NCBI RefSeq assembly: GCF_001194135.2
Contig: NC_068981.1
Coordinates: 149,751,617 to 149,815,616, forward strand
Length of the DNA stretch: 64,000 nucleotides
Direction: 5' to 3'
From: Octopus bimaculoides
Taxonomy: Eukaryota
Shown here: positions 1 through 13,071 of the stretch, piece by piece
Numbering within the stretch: position 1 is the first letter of the stretch
Layout: each line of letters starts with the position of its first letter
The notes under the pieces: model-generated
Databases searched by the model: none
Told to the model about the DNA's origin: nothing
The model's input: the letters and a program-made list of their open reading frames with translations, nothing else
Made by a program: the position numbers and the translations under genes

Positions 1-739
1 CTATCAAGTAAGCATATCAAGATTATAAGGGAAACGTTCTGGTGTGATCGAAGCCGATAACTTGATAAAGTATTTCAGTTTGACGGGAAATATCGACAAG
101 TGTCTACTGTCTTCGGAAATGTAATTTCCTAAGATTGTTATTTTATTTTTAGATAAACTTATATATTGCTTCAATCGTTATCCACCAATAACACTAGTAA
201 ATATCATACACACATGAATTCATATACACTGAGGCACGCAAATGAGATATATACATACCTATATATATAAGACACGTATGCATACACGCATTCATAGATA
301 TGTGTGTGTGTGTGCGTGTGTACATACGTACGTATATGTATATTTATATATACATTTACTCATACAATAGCAATTTCTTTGCCAGATGTTTTTACTCGTT
401 ATTATCTTTTGATCACTTAATGTTTGTTTTAAAGTTCCAAATTCACACTTCTAATCTCCTCTTTAAACACTGATATTAAAAAACGTTGTTCCGTGGTCGA
501 TTTAAGCTCACAAGCATGCCTACGTCATACGCAACAACAACAATAACATCAACAATAAGAACATTAGGGAAAAGTGATAAAAATCATCGGCTATAAACAA
601 TGCCGCAGTAGAATGAATAACATAAGTTTAATAGTTATATTAAAATAACGAAAATTGAATTAACGAAGCGATAAATAAATTCTAAAGAGCAAAGTTTACT
701 TCGAGAATACACACTAATAACATTTTATAGAGCTTGGTC

Positions 740-1560
740 AATTTTTTGTTAACCGTTGCTTTATTAAAATGTGCGGAATTATAACAATGATCTAGTTGTT
801 GCCACTTCCAGTAACACACGCTTATGCAAATAACACAAACATTCATTCCACCGTGATCTTCTTTAGTCATATATCCTCCATATGCAAGTTAGATACCACA
901 CGTTAAAACTTGCTTAATTCCATAAACGCATATCTTGAGTGCATCCTCCAACGTTAACGTGCCAAACTTTGCTCTTTTAGTTATATACCCGCGTAAACAA
1001 AAACTCTGACTCAGTTCTACTCGAAAAAGAAATCCACTGTGCTATATTCCTTATGAAGTTGAGTGGCACTCAGCTATCTGCCTGACAGTGGATCCAAAGG
1101 TTGGGTTTGACTATCACCAAAACTTTCTAGTGGCGAAATAATATCCATAGCATCGTTAGTACTAATTTCTAACGATTGACCTTTCTGTTTTGGACAAATA
1201 ATAATTAAGCGCCCAACTGCTGCTGGCGCTTTACAAGACCTAAGTGTGGTACACGATGCTCTCACATCTAGGAGGGTGTTGCTACTATGCACACTGATAT
1301 CATGGATCTCACGGCTAAATGACACTCCATTGGTTATAAATGCTTTCCAGCCTCCGACTGGAATGCATCTAGCATCAAATTTCTCCTTTTTAAATAGTAC
1401 TATGATGACCTCTGCTCCTCAAACATGGTTGACCTCATACCAACATCATTCAGGTAGCCCTGATTTACCCTTCTCTATAATTTTGGTACCACTAGTGAGG
1501 TGAGGTGGCGATCCAACTCTCTTACTTTGCATTAGGCACTATACTTATTCAGTCATCACC
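740..1560 (+). mobile_element. Decayed non-LTR retrotransposon (Jockey/CR1-group) reverse-transcriptase C-terminal region
   Basis: Manual translation across stops and frameshifts gives NNDLVVATSSN (INDL motif), QRLGLTITKTF*WRNNIHSI (LG..I...L.W..HI), QLLLALYKT*V..LSHLGG (QLL.LYK.QVRP.MEY.SH.WGG) and YYDDLCSSNMVDLIP (YY.G.CS.EL..L.P), in the order expected for these LINEs. Confidence 0.5.
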
Positions 1561-1645
1561 AAAGAATTGTTCCTTTCGAATTTCAGAAGTTTAAACAAAG
1601 CAAAAACTTCCTCTTAATTCACTCACACGGATTACGTCGCAAACG

Positions 1646-1647
<2 letters not shown>

Positions 1648-1717
<70 letters not shown>
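1648..1717. repeat. (CA)n microsatellite
   Basis: Direct reading. Confidence 0.95.
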
Positions 1718-1718
<1 letters not shown>

Positions 1719-3960
1719 TTTAGGGAAGTACGTAGATAGCAGTGCTCTTCGTAAAATTCAATTTCTTGTCATAGGTTTGAAGCTAGGAAGAACAAGATTA
1801 CTCATTACAATATAGCATTGAGGTTGGTGATTTACTGTATCTTGTACGGCATCTCACCTTTCTGGATTTAAATTACACGTAAATTAATGAAAAGACGACG
1901 TGATCGAGATGTTCGACCAATTTTGACAAAACGGCATATTAAGGAATGATGCTAAAGTACGGGGAATTAATGGATGGCTTGGTTATAGCAAAATCATATT
2001 AATTGTGTTGTTATAGCTTGCATGGTATGCATGGATGAAACTGTTTAAATGAACCGCTTTTATGAATTGTATATATTGTGCTAAAACTTTTAGCAAAAGC
2101 CAAAGAGGAGCCATTACAAGAACTGCATCGCTTTGATAAGGAATCGGATAATACGTTTCATGTTCGATTCTCACTTAGAACTATTGATTTCTTACTGTTG
2201 GGTAATTAAATCTGCGATTCAAATTTAATTACATTTCATATTCAGCAACGCCAATGAAATTTAAAAACAGATTTGCTTATTAGTACTGTTACGGTACCTT
2301 TATGCTTTCATTTAGGAAAAAGTCGCCTCTGATCCTTACCGAGTCAATACAACAATTTTAAGGGGATTTCTCAAGATTTTGAGACTTGTGCTTAAATTAG
2401 AAATTTGTTCCCATAAGCCTAATCAATACTTACAGAAAATGCTGGCGAATGATTTAATGTACTTTGCACATTACGGTAGAACGGAGTTGGGGATCTGAAA
2501 GTGAATGCGATTCTACCTTACATATGCCAGTAACGTCCTTCGGAAAAGCATAAAAGCCAAACATCCCATTTTCATCTCTATATTATAGGTCTTTCATTTC
2601 TATTCAAATGATAACAATTCTTCAATAATAGAATAAGTTCTATTATTTGTTCATCTTTTCTTCAAAATTAAACTTTCAACACGCTTTCCTTAATTTAATT
2701 ATTTTTCTCTACCGATTCACAATCAAGGGAATTTAATCAATGACAATTTTAAAATATTTGTATACACCATGGAAATTATCTTGATTCTTATTCATTTTAT
2801 GCGAATAGAACTGTATCTTTTTCTTATTCATTTTAGAGCATTCTTTTCATTGTTGAAGACCATTAAATTATAATGGTATGAATATCTCTTACATTCCTTC
2901 TCTCCAAACCCTATAGATTATCAACGAAGTTCAGGTTGCCAATACAAAGAAACCAATATTTAATTAGATGTTATGTTGAAGGTTGTTGTCCAAGAAGTAA
3001 TCTCTCAGGATTTTAAGGTTGAGAAGCACTATCAATTACTAAATGATGCTTATTCACACCCATTATCTCGATGATACCTTTGGGAAAGTCATGGAAACGT
3101 AATTTCTTTAAACTCCTCATATTTCTTTAAAGAAATGAGAAGTAAAACCTTGCAAATAATAAAAAAGATATTGGTTTATGTTCTACAAGAACAAATATGA
3201 AGCTACTTTATGTTTTAAACCAAGTAAAACGCACTGAACTAAACATTCCTATTCTTGTTTTTAGTTGTTAGATATCAGATAAAAGTGTAAATTCACAAAT
3301 TTTATTTTACATATTTTATAGTTATATATGTGTGTGTGTGTGTCAAAACTAACTTTAATATCAAATTTGCTTTTCCTATTTTCATATTATTGCTTTTACC
3401 CTAAGTTTAATGCAATGCCATACAAAGATGAATGGAGAATCGTGGCTTGTATAAAGTTTCGGTATGCGAGAAATATGATAGAATCACCTGGGGAGTGAAA
3501 GCAAGCTACAAAAAATCTTCAGTTTGGTGAGATATTCCTTATTGTACTCTAGTAATTGCTAAATTTACATTATTCTTTTACATAAAATATCTAAGGCTAC
3601 AGTGCTAGATATAGTTTGTCTAGGACTACGTGACTTAAGGAATCCTTCTATTTTTAAGAAGGTTGAATATGATATGAGAGAAATTAGACTACTCTTTCTA
3701 GTCATTAAATAACCATCCACAAGAATTTCACGCCGCTTCACCTAATATTCATATTCTCATGCTGTTCAATAAAACACTGTTTAAATGTGTACATTAATAA
3801 TCAGAGCTATGAAGGAAAGGGGTATCTAAGAAAATCTTTTGAATTAGTAATGCCTTAATGGAAAATGAAATAGCATGATAAGCAATCTATGTCCTAATGG
3901 TATTATGATAATTAAAAAAATGTAGGACAAGATATTCAACAGTATTTCTTCTAACATTTC

Positions 3961-4093
3961 ATCCGTCTTTACTTTTCATCCTTTCGGGTTCGATAGCATA
4001 AAGTAGCTGTTGAGCAATGAGGTCAGTGTCATTAACAATTCCCCTCCATCTATAAACAAGAATTCAGGCTTTGTGCCAACAATAGAAAGAATT
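3961..4093 (+). mobile_element. tRNA-derived SINE family A, 3' part
   Basis: Shares cttttcatcctttcggg.tcgat and caggctttgtgcc..aatagaaagaatt with the other family-A copies in this window. Confidence 0.6.
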
Positions 4094-5188
4094 TTAATAG
4101 ATCTCCAAAATTTTTGAGGAAAATTTGGAAAAGAAATCTGCATTGGAGAGACCGGTACGTTCTCGGTGGGGAAGTTAATTCATGTCTCCATTTCACATTA
4201 CCACAGGAGTGTCTTTAAGAAGACCACTCTTCTTGTTCGAAGGCATATGGTCTAAGAATAAACTTTCTCCCTTACGTTCACTAGTCTCTGAGTTCCTGAA
4301 GAAGCAACAATGTCTAGAGTGTCGCGCTTTCTACAAGTTTAAAGAAAAACGCATTTGTGTTGTTGGGAATCACTGTCGGTTTGGATGAAACATACTCTGA
4401 GCAACATCTTACAGCAATCAATTTATTTAGACTATGAAATATGTATCCACTATATACGCTGTTAATTGATGACAACAGTAAGCAATAAACGAATTGCATT
4501 TATTTATAAGACATTTATTTCGAAATTGAGCATGTTAAATATATTGGCAATGCACGTAACGCGAGGAATATTGCAATAAAAAAATTATGAAACTCATAAA
4601 CAACCCTCTCTATTAAACGCTTTTTATCTGCAAATTAATTAAAATAATGACAATAATCGGAGAGCTACCTACTGGTTTCAAGTTCTATTAACTTGCAGCA
4701 AACATAAAAACAAATGTATAATTCTAAATCACATGTCTATCAACTAAACGCATTAAAGATTCCATCAATTATGAAAATATGAAAACAAATGTACAATATA
4801 GTCAATTTTACTCAAACATAATTACCACGTTTATCACTTTCGCATATTTTACTTCAAATCCTGATCTTAAAATATTATGGTTGCAGATGAATGAACTGCC
4901 AGGAAGGGCAGTTTATCAGACAAAACCATTTACAATAATCAGTCTTCTCTTTTCCGTTCTGAGTTCAGATTAAGCTCGTGTAACTTAAATGAAAATTTAC
5001 AAGAATGTGTATGAAAGATATTAATAAATTGAAAGAGGAGTTAGATAAAATTTTTACATTCCTCATTTAAAATAATGAAAATGAACGGAAAGAAAAGAAA
5101 AGGCTTGAAAGGGGCCATGTTGAAGATAATAATTTAATTATTTTATGCACATTGCGAAGAACGGAGAAATATGGAAAGCAGTTGCAAT

Positions 5189-5358
5189 ATTGATTTCAAA
5201 TTTTGGCTCAAGGCCAACAAATCCGGGGGAAGGGAGTAAGTCGATTACATGGACCCCGGTGTTCGATTAGTACTTATTTAATCGATTTCGAAGGATGAAC
5301 GGCAAAATCAACCTCACCAAAATTCAAAATGCCGCTAAGCATTTGCCTGGCGTGTTAC
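5189..5358 (-). mobile_element. SINE family A, internally deleted
   Basis: Reverse-complement match to family A (aagtcgattacat.gaccc, gaaggatgaa.ggcaaa.tcaacc, gccgctaagcattt). Confidence 0.7.
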
Positions 5359-7450
5359 ATTAAAGCATTAATGGCTTATGCAGAAAAATAAATTCAGAAC
5401 TGATTTTCTTGATGCATACTTGCTATATTAGCTGCAGATAATAGAGCTTGTAAATGATAATTGTTTATGGAGAGTTTATCCTTATCGCCAGTTTGTAGCT
5501 GCTGAAGTAGCATCGTTATGTCAGTGTTATTGCTGAGGATAAGTAAAACTATGTAACACAAAAGATGAACTTTAAACTGTATATTTGAAATCTTCATTTC
5601 AAATATGTTGTTTAAAATTATGAGTCATCTTATTTATGTTAAATCCTGTCCTTCGACTTCAGAATATTCAAACTATACTGAGAATGTAATGTTTTACTAG
5701 TACTTGCAATATATTTTTGTGTTGTATTTTTGTGGGGATATTGTGACAATGGGTAAACAGACATTCTTGCGCTTCATTTGTGCGACATGTACGGCTCTCC
5801 GTGAGCAGAGAAACATAGATACAGTAATAGAAATAAAATTTGCCTAAAAGTGTTACTGATTTTAAGTAGGCTACCAACAGCAGAGTCTGGCGATATGTAT
5901 CTATTTTACATAGAATAATACAATGTTAAAATTTAGCTGAATGGGCCAGAATTTGTGACAATCAATACGGCGATTACAAATTCTGAATGGACATGATAAT
6001 ATATTTTCAGAGAAGTATAATTTTAAAGACAAACATGCTAACTGTGAACTAGCGTTGCAATAAGCACCACGTATTATAACATATCTGCCGCCTCTTTCAC
6101 AATAAATTACCTTACAGAGGAATTCTTTTGAGGGATGTAGTTTTAGCAATGATGCTGAATACGATACTCCATGTGTTTCATCAACTATTGTTCTCCAAAT
6201 CTATTAAGTCAAAAGCGTTTGAATAGACTTGTGAGCAATTTAGGAGTTGATAAAGTAAAAGTGACTTATTTGATTACCCTTGCCATAAAACTTGGTCAAT
6301 TTACCACCATAAGATAATAGTTTCCGCAATTATCGTTTGTGGTTTTCTAAAATTTTTACTCAATGAAGAAAAGGTGCTTGTTAATTCAAAGGTGTCTACG
6401 GCTTAGAGCAATATGCAAATAATTATTACGATAGGAAAGAAGCTTTAAAATGATTCTTGTAAATGGAATAACATAAATGTCCTACATTACAATAACAAGA
6501 GAACACAACTGAAGTGTATGTAACTATTCTAAAGTAATCTCATGAATTCCTTACACTTCTGTTAACTCGTTGATAAAGATGAACGAAATAACTTATAATG
6601 AAATATACGATGTATTATATATCAAAGAGAAAAAGAACATGAATTCGGTAAATGCGGTATACAGTATAAAGATCTTATAGATCTTAAAAAAATGCTTTCC
6701 TCAACTTCAAAATTTTTTTACCCATGATGTTTTTCGATGAGTAACGTCACAAGTGAATACTGAAATGAATGACCTACCGAAAGCAAATGGTTTAAGCTAT
6801 TTTGTAATCTCTTTCGATTTCCACTTCAATCCAATGCATTTCATTTCTACCAAACACACAAATGCTCTTGATAAATAGATGGAAGTCTCCCAATTTTAAC
6901 TCTTCATTGTTAATACGATAGCTTTTATTATGACGTTTCTGATACCTTACAACCCGTGTTTATGGAGATATTTATCCTCCGGTGAAGTCTTCCACTCATT
7001 TACTAATTTATTACAGTATCGTAGCGAGAAAATATCTAATGCATTGGATTTTTACCTGCGCTAAAAGCTTTGGAGTATAGAAAAACAGAACCGCTGTAAT
7101 AAGACGCAAATTTGAGTTTCTTATCACATTTCGTAATTTTATTTATGTTAATAATCACATCCTCTAAAAGCCACATAATATCATTCCGAAAATTTATAGA
7201 TTTATGGACATGTGCCAGTATAAGAAACCAATAAATTTGAACCGTTAGTTTCAAGAACGATGGAGATGTCTAAAACCGTAGACATATCCTTTAGCCGCTA
7301 TTGGTCTTCATTTTATCATTAGTGCAAACAATATTATATTCGATACTATATAGGGAGTCAAAATACCAAATATAGTCTCTTACCTGACGGAGAGGGACCA
7401 AACTGAGAGAACTGAACAAAAGTACCTTGTTTGATACACACACACACAAA

Positions 7451-7500
<50 letters not shown>

Positions 7501-8532
7501 CACATATATATATACATATTCATAAATGTTAATATATTACCATACGTATTACTATAATTTGTTTCTTCAGCATAGGCATTCGGTAAAACAATTTTCCATT
7601 TACAAAGTAAATTCGAATCAAGATAACGTTCGAAAATCATCTGCACTATATTGGTTACTACTCTTAATTATGACTCCCTGAGATGTTACGCAAGTTTTTA
7701 TTCCGGCTGACATAATTTCTCTATACGAGAATCGTTGAATTTTCTGGAGGAAATTAAAAACGTCCACAAATCTGTTCAGACTTTGTAATATTAGAACGTG
7801 GAAGATGTAGCCTATTATCAGATTTCAAGAGCAAATAAATATTTCAGATCGCCTACGTCAGATAAATATGACTATCACAATGTCCTATTCATCATTCTAT
7901 ATAGGTGAGTTATTAAACCTGTGCAACAAGACATTATCTGCATTCATTCATCTTATTTTCTTGGAAGAATGCTTTTAAAAATATTTCTTCGTTGTATCAA
8001 TAAATATAAATTCCATCTTAGCTCATATATTGTTAAAACGTATTTAACGTTACAAAAGAAGCTACTACGTTTGTAGTATTCTGAGAAAACTTGCAAAGGG
8101 TGTATGTGTGTATGTAATGTATGTATGTATGTATGTATGTATATANNNNNNNNNNNNNNNNNNNNNNNNNNNNNNNNNNNNNNNNNNNNNNNNNNNNNNN
8201 NNNNNNNNNNNNNNNNNNNNNNNNNNNNNNNNNNNNNNNNNNNNNNNNNNNNNNNNNNNNNNNNNNNNNNNNNNNNNNNNNNNNNNNNNNNNNNNNNNNN
8301 NNNNNNNNNNNNNNNNNNNNNNNNNNNNNNNNNNNNNNNNNNNNNNNNNNNNNNNNNNNNNNNNNNNNNNNNNNNNNNNNNNNNNNNNNNNNNNNNNNNN
8401 NNNNNNNNNNNNNNNNNNNNNNNNNNNNNNNNNNNNNNNNNNNNNNNNNNNNNNNNNNNNNNNNNNNNNNNNNNNNNNNNNNNNNNNNNNNNNNNNNNNN
8501 NNNNNNNNNNNNNNNNNNNNNNNNNNNNNNNN

Positions 8533-8587
<55 letters not shown>

Positions 8588-9044
8588 CATAAATATATGT
8601 ACATATATATGTGTATGTATACATTTCTAATATCATCCGAAATGCTATAGAAATCCTGGCATGTTTTAGTGTTATTTATTGTCTAGAATAATATAAATGT
8701 ATAGGATAATCTATGACAAGCTTATAAGCACAAATATCTTTTTTTCTTATATCTTATCGACTGCGTAAATCGCATACAGCTAATGTATCTATTTCGATAA
8801 CCACGTTTTAAAATATTCTTCGTATATAAATCATAAAGTCAAGACAAATGTCTACAGAAATCCCAAGAGCTATTAGTTTCATAGTAAGCAGCGCGGTGAT
8901 CACATTAGAATAAATGGTAATATTTCAATGAACTAAATCTGCAAAGTAGTTGCAATTTTTAGATGCAACGATTTCATATCACCTTAGGCAAATGATTTGA
9001 ATATCACACTTACTTCAACTTGACACAAGACGTTCGTTCATGTG

Positions 9045-9103
<59 letters not shown>

Positions 9104-9168
9104 CGCACATGTTTGTATGCGAATGTATGCATGTTTATGTATATGTAGATATATACATACATGCTTAC

Positions 9169-9231
<63 letters not shown>

Positions 9232-9303
9232 CATATATATATATTGATAGACAGGAAAACAAATGAAAGAAAGAAACCTCGATATTATGTAAATAGAGGA
9301 ATT

Positions 9304-9499
9304 TATCTGTAAAAATATGTGACACTTATTCGGTAGCCATGATAAAACTCCGAGTTTCGGATGCGTGGTGGGATTTTTTTCACATGAATTTTCAATGGCC
9401 GGATAACTGAAAAGATGTTGGCATGGCTTCCCACCCCGGCATCCGAAACTCGGAGTTTTATCATGGCTACCGAATAAGTGTCACATATTTTTACAGATA
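9304..9499. mobile_element. Hairpin MITE with about 61-bp perfect terminal inverted repeats (about 72 bp imperfect)
   Basis: tatctgtaaaaatatgtgacacttattcggtagccatgataaaactccgagtttcggatgc at 9304 is the exact reverse complement of gcatccgaaactcggagttttatcatggctaccgaataagtgtcacatatttttacagata ending at 9499; TA at both ends. Confidence 0.8.
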
Positions 9500-9671
9500 N
9501 NNNNNNNNNNNNNNNNNNNNNNNNNNNNNNNNNNNNNNNNNNNNNNNNNNNNNNNNNNNNNNNNNNNNNNNNNNNNNNNNNNNNNNNNNNNNNNNNNNNN
9601 NNNNNNNNNNNNNNNNNNNNNNNNNNNNNNNNNNNNNNNNNNNNNNNNNNNNNNNNNNNNNNNNNNNNNNN

Positions 9672-9730
<59 letters not shown>

Positions 9731-11796
9731 TGTATAGTATATTTCATTAAATAAAGACCGAACAGAATTAATGTTTTTGGAACTTGGTAAATAATCTTCT
9801 TCTAGGGTGTATAACCCGCTACTGCGTGCCACAAATCAGCCGTTTAACTACTCCCTCTCCCCGTGTTATTTCCTTGATGACTTAGTTAAGTTCCTCGATA
9901 GTTTGAACCTTTATACTTTCAATGTTTTCCTTCTTGTTTTCTTGTTGAATATGCTTTTCATAAAACGTGATTCGAAAATACAGCAGTAACCTTTGTCCAT
10001 GACATTGTGGAAAAATTTGAACTACGCATTAGCCAACAGAAATATGTGTTATTCATCTCGGAGTTCCTTATTCCAAAGACTATGACAGATGTGTAGCAGT
10101 AGGGCCAGTGTAATGATATTATGGTTTGAAGTTTTCTATATTATTTTCGGCATTTGCTAGTTAAGTAATCGCTCTTGGTCTCTTTGATCAAAAGAAAAGC
10201 TATTCAATTGCTATTGTTTAGGTATATGTCTGCATTAATGGAAGGGACCTCTGATCATATGCACTCCTTTACTTCTTCAGTATATATTTTACAATATGTC
10301 TGTTCGTTTTATGATATAGTAAGGTGAGATTAGAGTGAAATTTAATTGCTGTTTCTAGTAGGTCAAGGACTCCGTAGAAGCTCTCTTGTTGCTTCGGTCA
10401 GAGGAAAAGTTGATATGAGAAATGAACGTTTTTCATAACCAATTTACAGCAACAGTACTCATGGGTATATTACTAAAGTGTTTATTTAGAATAGCTAATT
10501 ATTGAAAAGCTATTGACAAAATATCAGCAAATGACTATTCTCCCCATTATTGGGTGATCTTTCTAATATACTGTTACTTCTGGTTAGCATATGTATATAT
10601 TGGCGTTAACATGATTTTCTGAAGATGCTGACGTGTGTGAAAACGTAAGTTTATTGTGATACATAAACCTAGTTTCTTTTGTCCATAACTCACAGGTTGT
10701 TAGCCTGTTATGTTCCCCTCCATAGGTAATTGAGATTTCTTTCTCTCTAACCTTAAGATGACTTGAAGGTAACGAAAGCATAACAGCTACATTTCAATTT
10801 GTAAAGTATATCTTAAAAGTGTAAACAAACATTTCATGAAAACTAAGAATCTAAGATAGTTTCTGTAATGCAGTCGAAGCTTAACAAATTATACAAATAG
10901 TAAATGAAGAAAGACAGAAAACATTCATTATATTAGCTTTTGCTTCAAACCAAAATATTGATTATACAGGCTGATATGTTGTAACTGCACTTGAAAGAGT
11001 AATGGTTGGTAATATCAAAATATATTGTATGTATATTGTATCTAAGAACTGTGAATCTCACTTGATGTTGAGCGTACATGAAAGTAACAACGGCAACAGA
11101 ATTTCATTTAAAACAACCTATATTTAGAAAACAACATATGAATTATTTGTTTGTAAAAATTCCTATTAGCATAGTTTGTGATATTGAAAACCAAACGAAA
11201 CGAGGTTAGTTATTTTGTTTCGCTTTAATACTTCAATGAATGCAAAGAACGAAGATTTGTGTGATGAAATCACGTTATCTTGTACTTAGGTACAAATATA
11301 CACACTCTTGTGGGCGTATGAAATTATTTTATTTGCAGCTAAGAGAATGTACTCAATAAACGTACTCAATACAAAAGTAGAGTGTCGACGTTCATTACTG
11401 AGCTGAATTGCTGAATTACTGTGTTACTACACAAACTTCCGTGTCTTTTTTTCCGCAATGCACTTTACTGCTAGGCAAGAAACAATAGTAATACGTATTT
11501 ACGTAGGTGAAACATGTACTCATTGAAATGTCATCAACTTTAATCTTCCCAGTAAAAGACCCCTTTCAACAGCTGACCACCATACAGTTTTAACAATCAC
11601 AGAAAAAGACCACTTCTTTCTTTTTTCTTTTCTTTCTTTCTTCTCCCTCTTACCAAACCACCAAAAAATCAGCAAGCAAGCGCACACACGCACATATGCA
11701 CAAACATACACACATAGCTGCACGTAAGTATGCACACATATAAATTCAAAATAAAAAAACAATCTCTTCCCATGTCAACTCCACATTTCTCCAACT

Positions 11797-11798
<2 letters not shown>

Positions 11799-11867
<69 letters not shown>
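11799..11867. repeat. (CT)n microsatellite
   Basis: Direct reading. Confidence 0.95.
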
Positions 11868-11870
<3 letters not shown>

Positions 11871-12995
11871 TACACACACACACAAACATATGTCTACAAG
11901 GCATATATTTTCTATAAAAAATATCATTTCTGATGAATCTCTGAAACAAGATGAAAGTACTAAATAAATAATTATCCAAAAGTCTGACTATTTCCTTTGA
12001 CTTATATATAAAATCTGTACTTCACTTCAAACATCTATACATATATATACGCACACACACACACACAAACACACACACACAGACACACACATACACACAC
12101 GAACGCACACACACACACACACATACACACACGAACGCGCGCACACACACACACACACGCACGCACACACACACACACACACGTGTTTGTCCTTATTTGT
12201 GCTCCCTCTGAAATCAGTCTCTAATACGTCTATCGTGGTTTGAACGGTTTTATCCATTTTGGTTTACAATGCAGTTTTGATTGTTTTGTCCAGTTCTTTG
12301 TTCTGTCTGAATTTTTACAACATCGTCTGTATTGCCTCTGATCTACGTTTTCAGTTCTCTTTATATGCTGTTAATATTTTCGATGATACGTTCTACAACA
12401 CTTCGTGCTGTTTTGTTTCTTTCAAAGACTCTTCTGTTTCAATTACGTCATCGTTTTAAAAATCAGAGTAAAGATGCACGAAATCCGCTTCCTATTTTAC
12501 TTCCAGCATTCAGCAAGGTGTTTATTGAAAATTAGTTTTATTCCATGTCGTCTTCCCATCTTTTGTACTTCCTTTTGCTTTTGTGGTGTGATTGTAGAGC
12601 ATAAAATTAGCAGAACCTATTTTTTTTATTTATATTCTTTTAAATTTTACGTTTAGATTTTAACATTTAAAAAAAATTATTTTTCTTTTCATTCATTATA
12701 TATTTTTAAATTTAACATTAAAAGATTATCACAATTTAATATGTATGTTCAGAGAGTTAATTAATTTCAAGATCGTAAAATTTTACACCACCAACATTTT
12801 AAGCTTGTAACTTATTCAGAACATAGATAAAGGGCACTTTATTTACCTGATGTGTACCACTGTATTACTCCTCAAACATGATATGAAATTTGACGCCATG
12901 AAGGGTCACATTTAACCATAAACGGGCAAAGTATTTCACTCTAGCACTCCAGTAAATGACAAAACTTGCAATTTTAGATACGTCTGTGTGCGTTT

Positions 12996-13071
<76 letters not shown>

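Noticed and set aside
2090-8885. Several AG..GT-bounded short open segments (for example near 2093-2201, 2917-2996, 4108-4161, 7850-7905)
   Set aside because: Phases do not chain into a recognisable protein, and equally good candidates occur on the minus strand (for example near 19715-19760), consistent with chance in AT-rich DNA.
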